Positions 49,727 through 57,981 of a DNA stretch of 64,000 nucleotides are shown in pieces; position 1 is the stretch's first letter, and the number at the start of each line of letters is the position of its first letter. Source of the DNA: Vicinamibacteria bacterium (GTDB lineage: Bacteria > Acidobacteriota > Vicinamibacteria > Vicinamibacterales > UBA8438); the NCBI GenBank assembly GCA_022821235.1, contig JAJEEA010000419.1:2095-66094 (forward strand), read 5' to 3'. The position numbers and the translations under genes were made by a program. Under the pieces are notes generated by a model. That model did not search any database, had not been told where the DNA came from, and was given only the letters and a program-made list of their open reading frames with translations.

Positions 49727-51400
49727 ATGAACCGGACAAGGATGTCGACCATGAACTCGTTTCGCCGCACCCTCGTTCCCCTGCTGCTCGCCGCGGCCCT
49801 GGCCCCCGGCGCCGCCGCGCAGGTGACGTTCGAGCGCCTGCTGAACGCCGACGCCGAGCCCCACAACTGGCTGACCTACTCGGGCACCTACTCGAGCAAC
49901 CGCTACACCACGCTCGACCAGATCACGGCCGAGAACGTCGACCAGCTCGAGCTGGCGTGGATCTTCCAGGCCAACTCGCTCGAGCCGTTCCAGGCCACCC
50001 CCCTCGTCGTCGACGGCATCATGTACCTGACCGAGCCCGTCAACAACGTGGTGGCGCTGGACGCGAGGCGCGGCAGCGTGTTCTGGAAGTACGAGTACAC
50101 GCCGTCGCCGCTCGCGCGGCCGTGCTGCGGAGCCGTCAACCGCGGCGTCGCCATCCTCGGGGACACGCTGTTCCTCGCCACCATCGACGGCAACCTCATC
50201 GCCGTCGACGCCATCGGGGGCGCCCCCATCTGGCAGACCACCGTCGCCGACCCCGCCCAGGGCTACGCGCTGACCCTGGCCCCGCTCGTTATCAAGGACA
50301 AGGTCATCGTGGGCGTCGCGGGCGGCGAGTTCGGCATCCGCGGCTACATCGACGCCTACGACGCCGCCACCGGCGAGCAGGCGTGGCGCTTCTACACCAT
50401 TCCGGGGCCCGGCGAGCCCGGGCACGAGACGTGGGAGAACGACGCGTGGCGCACCGGGGGGGCGTCGGCGTGGCTCACCGGCTCGTACGACCCCGACCTC
50501 GACCTCACCTACTGGGGCATCGGCAACCCCGGCCCCGACTGGAACCCCGCGCAGCGGCCCGGCGACAACCTCTACTCCGACTCGGTGGTGGCCCTCGACC
50601 CCGACACCGGCGAGCTCGCGTGGTACTTCCAGTTCACGCCGAACGACCCCTACGACTACGACTCGGTGCAGATACCCGTGCTCGTCGACGCCCCCGACGG
50701 CGCCGGCGGCACCCTGAGGCTGATGCTCTGGGCCAACCGCAACGGCTTCTTCTACGTGCTCGACCGCGAGAACGGCCGGTTCCTCAACGGGACCGAGTTC
50801 GTGCCCGTCAACTGGGCGAGCGGGCTCGACGACAGCGGCCGCCCCGTGCAGACCCCGCAGCCGCCGGGCGCCACCACGTTCCCCGGCGTGCAGGGCGGCA
50901 CCAACTGGTACTCGCCGTCCTACAGCCCCGAGACCGGCCTCTTCTACGTCTCGGCGTGGGAGGCCTACGGGTCGGTGTTCGAGGCCGAGGAGGCCGAGTA
51001 TCAGCCCGGCCGCGTCTTCCTCGGGGGGCGGCCCGCCAACCCGTTCGGGGCCGGCGCCAACGTGCCCGGCCTGCGCCGCGGGCACATCAACAACTGGACC
51101 GACGCGGCGGGCGGCGGCGCCGTCATCGCCATCGACCCGCGCACCGGCGAGCAGCAGTGGCGGGTGGCGATGACCGACGTCACGAGCAGCGGCATCCTCA
51201 CCAGCGCGTCGAACCTGCTGTTCACCGGCAACCGCGAGGGCGACTTCCACATCCTCGACGCCGAGACCGGCGACGTGCTGTGGCGCAAGCCCCTCGGCGG
51301 CATGATCGCCAACGGGCCGATGAGCTACATGGTCGACGGGCGCCAGTACGTGGCCCTCGCCGCGGGGCACTCGCTGTTCGTGTTCGCGCTGAAGGAATGA
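49727..51400 (+). CDS. PQQ-dependent dehydrogenase, methanol/ethanol family
   Basis: HNWLTYSGTYSSNRYTTLDQI, vicinal Cys pair in PCCGAVNRGV, eight-bladed propeller W-motifs, and a signal peptide. Confidence 0.85.
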   Translation: MNRTRMSTMNSFRRTLVPLLLAAALAPGAAAQVTFERLLNADAEPHNWLTYSGTYSSNRYTTLDQITAENVDQLELAWIFQANSLEPFQATPLVVDGIMYLTEPVNNVVALDARRGSVFWKYEYTPSPLARPCCGAVNRGVAILGDTLFLATIDGNLIAVDAIGGAPIWQTTVADPAQGYALTLAPLVIKDKVIVGVAGGEFGIRGYIDAYDAATGEQAWRFYTIPGPGEPGHETWENDAWRTGGASAWLTGSYDPDLDLTYWGIGNPGPDWNPAQRPGDNLYSDSVVALDPDTGELAWYFQFTPNDPYDYDSVQIPVLVDAPDGAGGTLRLMLWANRNGFFYVLDRENGRFLNGTEFVPVNWASGLDDSGRPVQTPQPPGATTFPGVQGGTNWYSPSYSPETGLFYVSAWEAYGSVFEAEEAEYQPGRVFLGGRPANPFGAGANVPGLRRGHINNWTDAAGGGAVIAIDPRTGEQQWRVAMTDVTSSGILTSASNLLFTGNREGDFHILDAETGDVLWRKPLGGMIANGPMSYMVDGRQYVALAAGHSLFVFALKE

Positions 51401-51784
51401 AGCAGTGAGGGCAGGAGCGGGGAGGGCCGTCGCCGGCACTGCCCTGCTCCTGCCGTTCCCCTCTCGCGGCTGAGACTTGCCGATACCTCCCGCCCGCTGA
51501 ATCGCAGCCCGCAGGGGTCGACGTCGTCGGAGGGCGTCGCCCTGCTGCGCCGGCACAACCCTGCTCCTGCGCCGGCCCCTTCATCCACGCCGATTGCCGA
51601 GACCGCCTACCCGCTGAATTCGGAGCACCCGCAGGGGTCGACGTCGTCGAAGAACGTCGCGCTGCTGCTCCTGGACCGGACGCGGGTCCCGGCCCACCGC
51701 GCCGCGCGTGTCAACCCGTTGATCACGCTCCGAGCGGACTAGACGGTGGCTCCCCACCCGGCGCCGGGGTTTGGCTCCGCCGAA

Positions 51785-51961
51785 TCAGGGAAGCAGACTG
51801 TCGACGGCGATGGCCGCGTCGGGACTGGCGAGGGGAGCGACCGCCTCGCCGGCCCGGTGGACCGAGACAGAGCGGTATCCGTCGGCAGCCGGGTCGCGGT
51901 AGATCTCCAGACGTTGCTCCGGCGGGGCGAGGATCCAGTATTCGGGAATGCCGGAGCGCCG
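51785..51961 (-). pseudogene. C-terminal fragment of a Uma2-family (DUF820) endonuclease
   Basis: The minus-strand translation GIPEYWILAPPEQRLEIYRDPAADGYRSVSVHRAGEAVAPLASPDAAIAVDSLLP* has the family's GIPEYW block. The N-terminal catalytic part is absent. Confidence 0.45.
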
Positions 51962-52025
51962 TCCGCCTCGGACGGTCCGACGCCCCGGGTCCCGCTGCCG
52001 CTGGTGGATCCAGGCGTCGTTGGCG

Positions 52026-52988
52026 TCAGCGGCCTGCCTCGGCGGCCGCCTCCTCGAGCCGCGCGCCGGCGAGCATGTTCGCGGCGGCGTAGTTGCCTTC
52101 GTGACAGGCGTTCTCGAAGAGCGGCAGCGGGTTCTGCCGCAGCGTCTGGACGGCGGTCCAGGGGGCCGTCCAGATGGTCGGGTCCTCGATGGTGTACTCG
52201 TACTCGATGACGCCGGGACCGACCCGGGTGAACCGCTCGACCAGGTGGGCCTCCCGGCTCGCGCCGACCAGGGGCAGCCAGCGGTCGAAGCTCGTGGTCT
52301 CGACCACCAGGGTGTCGCCCTCCCAGCGGCCGCGCGAGTCGCCCAGCCACTGCCGGATGCCGCCGTGCGGACGGTCGGTGATGGGGATGATGCGGGTGGT
52401 GTTGAGCATCTCGACGAGCATCACCAGGTGATTCTCGGTCTGGAAGATCTGGACGTTGTTGTTGTAGGCGACGGGAAAGATGGGCAGCCCGGTCGTCCCC
52501 AGGCAGCGGTCGAAGTAGCTGAGGTCCTCGATCTGCTCGAGCGGCGCCGACCCGAACGACCCGGGCACGCTGAACCGCGTGCGGCCCTCGTCGGTCCGCG
52601 GGGGCCGGCGGCCGTTCGGCGGGTCGACGATGAGCGAGGTCCGCCGGGTCTCGACCACCTCGGTGCCGAAGTCCATCCAGAAGCGGTTGTACGCGCCGAT
52701 CGACCCGCCCGCCTCGGTGCGCTGGGCCGGCGCCCGATCGGCCGCCTCGTTCTGCTCGACCGCCCCCTGCTCCAGCGTCCGCGCCTCTTCCTCGGTCAGA
52801 AACTCGCGGTCGCCGTACCGTTCCGGCCGCTCGAGCGGCGTCAGGGTCCTGAAGTCCCACACGCCGTTCAGGTCGGGCACATCCCACGGCGTCCGCGGCA
52901 CGTCGCCGGTCTGGCCGGCAGCCCCGGCCGGCGCCAGCAGCAGCGCCAGTGCGAGCAGGGTGGTCACGGACTGATGAGATGCGCTCAT
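52026..52988 (-). CDS. conserved secreted protein of unknown function (paralogue of 46581..47543)
   Basis: Signal peptide. VPDLNGVWDFRTLTPLERP, TSLIVDPPNGRRP, YNNNVQIFQTENHLVML, ACHEGNY. Confidence 0.6.
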   Translation of the reverse strand: MSASHQSVTTLLALALLLAPAGAAGQTGDVPRTPWDVPDLNGVWDFRTLTPLERPERYGDREFLTEEEARTLEQGAVEQNEAADRAPAQRTEAGGSIGAYNRFWMDFGTEVVETRRTSLIVDPPNGRRPPRTDEGRTRFSVPGSFGSAPLEQIEDLSYFDRCLGTTGLPIFPVAYNNNVQIFQTENHLVMLVEMLNTTRIIPITDRPHGGIRQWLGDSRGRWEGDTLVVETTSFDRWLPLVGASREAHLVERFTRVGPGVIEYEYTIEDPTIWTAPWTAVQTLRQNPLPLFENACHEGNYAAANMLAGARLEEAAAEAGR

Positions 52989-53085
52989 TCGGTTCTCTCC
53001 AGACAGGGTTCACTCAGACAGGTGTCGCTCACGGCTTTCGCGCCGCGGGCGCCAACTGGTTGTCAGGTCCTCGACGCCGACACCG

Positions 53086-53673
53086 TCACCCACCGAACAA
53101 CTCGTCGACCGCGAAGCTGAGCCCGGCCACGCTGGCGGCGGCCACCTCGTCGCCGCGCCTCCGGACGCGCCGGGTCGCGTAACCGTCCGGGCCGGGATCG
53201 GTATGGACGATGACGGCGGCGGCATCCACGTCCACGAGCCACATCTCGGGAATGCCGGCGCGGCCGTATCGGGGCGCCTTCTCCAGCCTGTCGTAGCGCA
53301 GCGACGAGTCGGCCACTTCGATGACGAGGAAGATATCCCCCGGCTCGGGATGGCGATCGGTGTAGAACGCCTTCCGCCGCCGCGCCACCACGAGGTCCGG
53401 TTGCGGCTCCGTATGGGGGTCGAGTCGGACCGGATTCTGGACGCTCACGTGCGCCCGGCCGGCGAGACGCGTCACGAGCAACTCGGTCAGACGACTCACC
53501 AGCCCCGCATGCAGCGCGCCGATCGGCGTCATTTCGACGATCTCTCCGTCGATCAGCTCGACCCGATCGTCCTCGGTGAAGATCCCCGCCTCGCCCATGC
53601 GGGCGAACTCGTCGACCGTGAAGCGGTACCGCTGGACGCCGGCGACGCGTTCCTGCTCTGCTGCCAAGGCCAT
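53086..53673 (-). CDS. Uma2-family (DUF820) PD-(D/E)XK endonuclease
   Basis: ELIDGEIVEMTPIG..H, PDLVVA, LVIEVADSS, K..YGRAGIPEMWLVD. Confidence 0.8.
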   Translation of the reverse strand: MALAAEQERVAGVQRYRFTVDEFARMGEAGIFTEDDRVELIDGEIVEMTPIGALHAGLVSRLTELLVTRLAGRAHVSVQNPVRLDPHTEPQPDLVVARRRKAFYTDRHPEPGDIFLVIEVADSSLRYDRLEKAPRYGRAGIPEMWLVDVDAAAVIVHTDPGPDGYATRRVRRRGDEVAAASVAGLSFAVDELFGG

Positions 53674-53850
53674 GGCGCACCCTCAATCGAGCTCGTGCAC
53701 GGCACGTCCCATCATAGTCCACCCGCAAAAGCGAGGCTCCGGCTGAAGTCGAGATCTCGGGTGGGCATGATGAACCCATGACGCCGGCAATCTTGACAGC
53801 CCATCTGGCCAGAACGACAATCTAGACATGAGAACTAGCCAGGAATCCAC

Positions 53851-54105
53851 ATGACCGATTGGCCCCTGCACGACGCCAAGAACCGGTTCAGCGCCGTCGT
53901 CGACGCCGCGCTCGCGGGCGTGCCGCAACGGGTGACGCGGCGCGGCAGGCCCGCCGTCGTGGTGCTCGCGGCAGAGGAATACGAGCGCCTGATTCACCTG
54001 GAGAAGGCACGAGCGCCGACGTTCCCGGATCTGTTGCTCGCGATCCCGCAGGGCGGCGACGAGTTCGAGCGCATGCGACTGCCTTCCCGGCCGGTGCAGT
54101 TCTGA
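53851..54105 (+). CDS. Phd/YefM-family antitoxin
   Basis: LHDAKNRFSAVVDAALAGVPQRVTRRGRPAVVVLAAEEYERL. The stop overlaps the vapC ATG. Confidence 0.8.
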   Translation: MTDWPLHDAKNRFSAVVDAALAGVPQRVTRRGRPAVVVLAAEEYERLIHLEKARAPTFPDLLLAIPQGGDEFERMRLPSRPVQF

Positions 54106-54545
54106 TGTTCCTGGTCGATACCGACGTGCTGTCCCTGCTCCGCAGACCCGAACGCAACCCCGGCGTCAGCCGATGGATGGCCGGACAGCGGACCGCCGAC
54201 GTCTACGTGAGCGTCGTATCGGTCGCGGAGATCGAGCGCGGAGTCATGCGACAACGGGAGCGCGACCCCGCGTTCGCCCGCGCCCTCGCCACCTGGCTGG
54301 ACAGCGTGCTCTCGCTGTACGGCGATCGGATTCTCCCTGTCGACGCGTCAACCGCCCGGCGTTGCGGCCGCCTGTCCGGCGATCTCGGACATGAAGGCAC
54401 GGACCTGCTGATTGCGGCCACCGCCCTCGAGCACGGCTTGACGGTGGTGACCCGCAACGTCCGGCACTTCGAACCGACCGGCGTGTCGTGCCTGGATCCA
54501 TCCGACACCGGTTCCGGCGTTCCTCGCGAACGGCACCCCTCATGA
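54105..54545 (+). CDS. vapC: PIN-domain toxin VapC (FitB-like)
   Basis: MFLVDTDVLS..., acidic residues spaced as in PIN (D5, E, D, TRN), and 1-nt overlap with the antitoxin. Confidence 0.85.
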   Translation: MFLVDTDVLSLLRRPERNPGVSRWMAGQRTADVYVSVVSVAEIERGVMRQRERDPAFARALATWLDSVLSLYGDRILPVDASTARRCGRLSGDLGHEGTDLLIAATALEHGLTVVTRNVRHFEPTGVSCLDPSDTGSGVPRERHPS

Positions 54546-54757
54546 AGGCGCTCATCGGACCCCGGCGTCATCGCTGTCGAGGGCATGGCGGCCCACCCGC
54601 ATCGCCCGCGCGATCCACTCGCCAGGATGAGTCGAGGTAGCGCGTGACCGCCTCGCGAACGACCCAGGCGACCGACGCCCGTCCGTTTCGGGCGATGTTC
54701 GTGATGTCAATGCCCGACTACCCCGAATGCCGCCCAAAGTTGCGCAAGGCACTCAAT

Positions 54758-54787
54758 AGTTGCGCGTAGAATCGTCTACGCGCAACT
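54758..54787. repeat. perfect 13-bp inverted repeat AGTTGCGCGTAGA-atcg-TCTACGCGCAACT
   Basis: Read directly. A third partial copy, AGTTGCGC, is at 54738-54745. Confidence 0.8.
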
Positions 54788-54820
54788 TCAGGGAGCATCG
54801 TGGCACGCCGCATACCGGAA

Positions 54821-55024
54821 GAGTCCAGCGAGCCGATGGGCAGCACGATGTACTGCTTCCCCCCCGTGCAGGTAGGTGATCGGAGAGCCGACGTTGCCGG
54901 CCGGGAACGTCGGCTCCCAGACCACGTCGCCGGTCTCCTTGTCGAAGGCGCGGAAGCCCTTGCCGCCGTCGGGGCCGGCGCCGGGCGGAATGCGGACCAT
55001 GATGGGGTCGCCCTCGCTGACGAA
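54821..55024 (-). pseudogene. duplicate fragment of the 3' end of the PQQ dehydrogenase gene 57982..59949
   Basis: Manual alignment to 58018-58218 gives about 9 substitutions plus a C7 versus C6 run difference over about 200 nt. It encodes FVSEGDPIMVRIPPGAGPDGGKGFRAFDKETGDVVWEPTFPAGNVGSPITY.... Confidence 0.8.
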
Positions 55025-55276
55025 CATGCCAGCCTCCCGGATACCCTTCTGAAGGCAGGCTAGCAAGGCTAGCAGGCTATCATCCCGCTACCCGACTCGC
55101 GGCGAGACCGGGGTTCGCCGCCGCCCTCTTCACCCCGTCGCCGCAGGCCCTGTCCGCGTTCGGGGCCGTCCGTGCACGGTCAGCGCCGGCCACTCGATAC
55201 CCTTCCGCAGCCGCACCTTGATTGCATCGCAATCATGCTGTGGCTTGAGAGTCGTTGCCAGAAGAGAGGCGTCACC

Positions 55277-55327
55277 ATGGCGAGCATCACGATCCGCAAT
55301 CTCGACGACGACGTGAAGCCTGCGTGA
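55277..55327 (+). pseudogene. 16-codon remnant of a FitA/VapB-type (ribbon-helix-helix) antitoxin
   Basis: MASITIRNLDDDVKPA* matches the usual MxITIRNLDDxLK... start of these antitoxins. The palindrome TGATTGC-atc-GCAATCA at 55219-55235 lies upstream. Confidence 0.3.
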
Positions 55328-56074
55328 TTCGATGTAGTCTGGTCATCGGCTCCACTCCAGCATATGTCGTTCGGCGTCCTGGGCACCGAGCCCACTTCCC
55401 TGGCCGAACGGGCTGGATCTGCTCGATGGCACGGCTGCCGAGACGCCAAACGAGGACGCCGTTGATCGCGCCTTCGGCGGCGCGACCGGCCAGTGGCGCG
55501 AGCACACCGGCTCCCACCGCCTCTCCGGCACCTCGCCCGACTTCCGCAATCATGTCCTGCAGCGGGCCGTCCTCCGCAAGGCTGTCGCTTGCCGTCACCG
55601 CGGTGTCGGCCGCCTCGCCGGACACGTCCTGCAGCACGCCGCTCAGGTAGGTCGTCACGACCGAGCGCGGCAGAAGCAGCGCCGCCTGAACCGCGGTGGG
55701 TCGCACCCCCACAGCATCAGCAACTCTCGGAGCAACGCCATGCACGCGTACAGCACGATCGCCTGGTCGAGCAACAGGAAGCGGGACGCGGCGGTTCCGA
55801 TGCCGACCTTCACCGCGTAGGCGCGGACCCGCCGCCGCGCCGCGGTGTCCAGAATCGACTGGAACCGCCCGTTGAATGCCTCCACTCGGAGGCGGAGAGG
55901 GTCTGCGGCTCCACCAGCAGATCGCGCCGCGCGTCGTCGAGGCGCGTTCAGTATACGGTCTCCACCCCGTTGGAATCGCCGGATAGCCAGTCCGTCTCGC
56001 CGTGCGCCGGGATCGGCGCGACGCAGCCAACCGACAAGCCGTTGAACCGCATGGATGTTTCGCCTCACTGCCAT
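55287..56074 (-). CDS. DUF697/YcjF-like protein, apparent frameshift at C5 run 55706-55710
   Basis: VRAYAVKVGIGTAASRFLLLDQAIVLYACMALLRELLMLWG then, in another frame, VRPTAVQAALLL...AAEGAINGVLVWRLGSRAIEQIQPVRP. Confidence 0.45.
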
Positions 56075-56092
56075 CCGCCCTTCCGCGCCGCC

Positions 56093-57298
56093 TCACCGAC
56101 TTTTTTTCAACCTCCGTTTCCGTACCGGCCTCCCCTCCCCAGTATGGGACGATTCCGGCTCTGCGTCGTCCAGCACCATGTCGTTCTCGATGACGTCCTC
56201 GAGCGACGGGTTGAGCAGCCTCCATCGTTGGCCCATTCTCTCCAAGTCACCCCGCAGGACCACCGGTGCTTTCGTCTTGTGGGCCAAGATCGTCCGATGA
56301 TAATCGGACTGGGGAAGAACTGCGGCGACAGACTGATTGCTGCCTTCAATCGAGGTGCGCACGGTCACGGTTCCGTCCGTATCCGCTTCGTCCCGTGTCA
56401 ATCGCTGGACAAGTCCCACCAGGGTCACGTCCGCTTGCGGCTCGCGGCTGCGGAACGCGTCACTGGCCGCCCGGAGGATGGGGGCGTCGTGAGAGGCAAA
56501 CCGCGAGATGGACCTGCTGACGTCTCGCGGCCAGGTCCGCGCCCAGACCACGCTGATGTCGAGTCTGGGCAACGTCTCGGTCAGCGTGGCCAGAGCCTCG
56601 CACAGGTTGGCGCTGACACCTTGCGTCACCGCCGCCGGAAACGCATCTGCATCTCCCCCGCTCGTGTCGTCGGTCGCCCGCCGGGCCGCCGCCAGCGCCT
56701 CCGCCAAGCGACTCGTTACACGGCGCTCGATGGGTTCGTTCCGTGCGGTGGCGCCCGCCACCAGCGGCATCTGAATCGGGGGCGACACCACGGGACTCAG
56801 AAGCGTTATCACGAAGCTCCCCTCAGCGGTCTGGCCCAGCCGAACGCGTCGCAGATAGTCGTTGGCTTCCTTGTTCGCACCCGGCCGATAGAGCGGTCGG
56901 GGGCGATCGAGCGAGCACGCCGCAGCGAGGACGATGTCACGTGCGCCGCATACGAGGTTCGCCCCGGCACCGACCGGAAGGCTTCCGCTGTGGTCTCGAT
57001 CGATGGCCCGAACACGAATCACGTCGCGATCCGCAGTGATCAGATCGCGATAGACGGTCAGTACGTCCAGACCGGCTACGTCCGCGAAGGTCTCGATCAG
57101 GGCGGACACGACGCTGGCGTAATCGCCGAGATGCTCGGTTCGCGGAACGATGATTTCCGGCAGCTCTTCGCCTGCGTATATGTCCGAGTGAACGCGGTAG
57201 GGTTCGCCCCGGCGCCACCCGGCGACACGTGCGTAGGCGGAGAGCGCCGCGGGTGAAACCGCCAGCAACGCGTCCCTGTCGCGAATGCTGACCTTCAT
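56093..57298 (-). CDS. hypothetical 401-aa protein, translationally coupled to the DUF4365 gene
   Basis: ATG 57298 overlaps the upstream stop (TGATG). MKVSIRDRDALLAVSPAALSAYARVAGW.... No motif recognised. Confidence 0.6.
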   Translation of the reverse strand: MKVSIRDRDALLAVSPAALSAYARVAGWRRGEPYRVHSDIYAGEELPEIIVPRTEHLGDYASVVSALIETFADVAGLDVLTVYRDLITADRDVIRVRAIDRDHSGSLPVGAGANLVCGARDIVLAAACSLDRPRPLYRPGANKEANDYLRRVRLGQTAEGSFVITLLSPVVSPPIQMPLVAGATARNEPIERRVTSRLAEALAAARRATDDTSGGDADAFPAAVTQGVSANLCEALATLTETLPRLDISVVWARTWPRDVSRSISRFASHDAPILRAASDAFRSREPQADVTLVGLVQRLTRDEADTDGTVTVRTSIEGSNQSVAAVLPQSDYHRTILAHKTKAPVVLRGDLERMGQRWRLLNPSLEDVIENDMVLDDAEPESSHTGEGRPVRKRRLKKSR

Positions 57299-57798
57299 CA
57301 GATCTCCCCTCTCCGGGACCGTTCCATGAGCATGCGAAGAGTCTCGACGTCGAACAAGTTCCGTTCGGGAATACGGACGGTGACAGTTTCCTGTCCGGTG
57401 ACTTCGTCGTGCTCCTGCTGCAGGCTCAGCCAGTAGGCGCAACGCCTCAACACGAGTTGCTCAGGGGTGACGGTCATCCAATGCGATGCGTCCCTCGGCA
57501 GCTCGAAAACCACCAGCACCCGCGGCGTCTGAGTCGCAACACGCAGGTCGTCGTAGTTCTTGATCCCCAACCGAAACGACAAGAAGCCCTCCCGCCGTTC
57601 GCCGAGACCGGCCGTAGCCTTCAACTGTAGATCGAGGGCTGGCCGGTTGAGGCCGCCCGCCTGGATGCGGAGGTCCACGCTGTCCCGGTCCGGCGTCGAG
57701 GTCGACGTCGTATAGCCCGCGCGCGTCGCCAGGGCCTTCACGTAGACGAGGGACAATCCCTCCTTTTGGTCAGGAACGGTGAGCAGTGCGTCGGTCAT
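57298..57798 (-). CDS. DUF4365-like PD-(D/E)XK-type protein
   Basis: EGLSLVYVKALATRAGY...DRDSVDLRI...LDLQLKAT...VLVVFELP fits the DUF4365 pattern (D..GxD..i, QxK) as I recall it. Confidence 0.65.
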   Translation of the reverse strand: MTDALLTVPDQKEGLSLVYVKALATRAGYTTSTSTPDRDSVDLRIQAGGLNRPALDLQLKATAGLGERREGFLSFRLGIKNYDDLRVATQTPRVLVVFELPRDASHWMTVTPEQLVLRRCAYWLSLQQEHDEVTGQETVTVRIPERNLFDVETLRMLMERSRRGEI

Positions 57799-57981
57799 CG
57801 CGACGGGTCCAGCCGGTTCACCAGCCCGTTCCCGTTGGTCTCTTCCGGCCTGCTCATGGCTCAGCCAGCCGAAGACGAGAAACGCCGGTCCGACGTATAT
57901 CCATTGGCAGAATCATGGCCATCGCACTCCGAGCCGTCACCCCGTCCCCGGCGCATACGTCCGACCGCTTCTCGCGGCCCC

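Noticed and set aside
49727-51400. Calling the PQQ dehydrogenase a lanthanide-dependent XoxF/PedH type.
   Set aside because: I cannot reliably locate the diagnostic extra Asp near the catalytic Asp from memory. The assignment needs an alignment to characterised enzymes.
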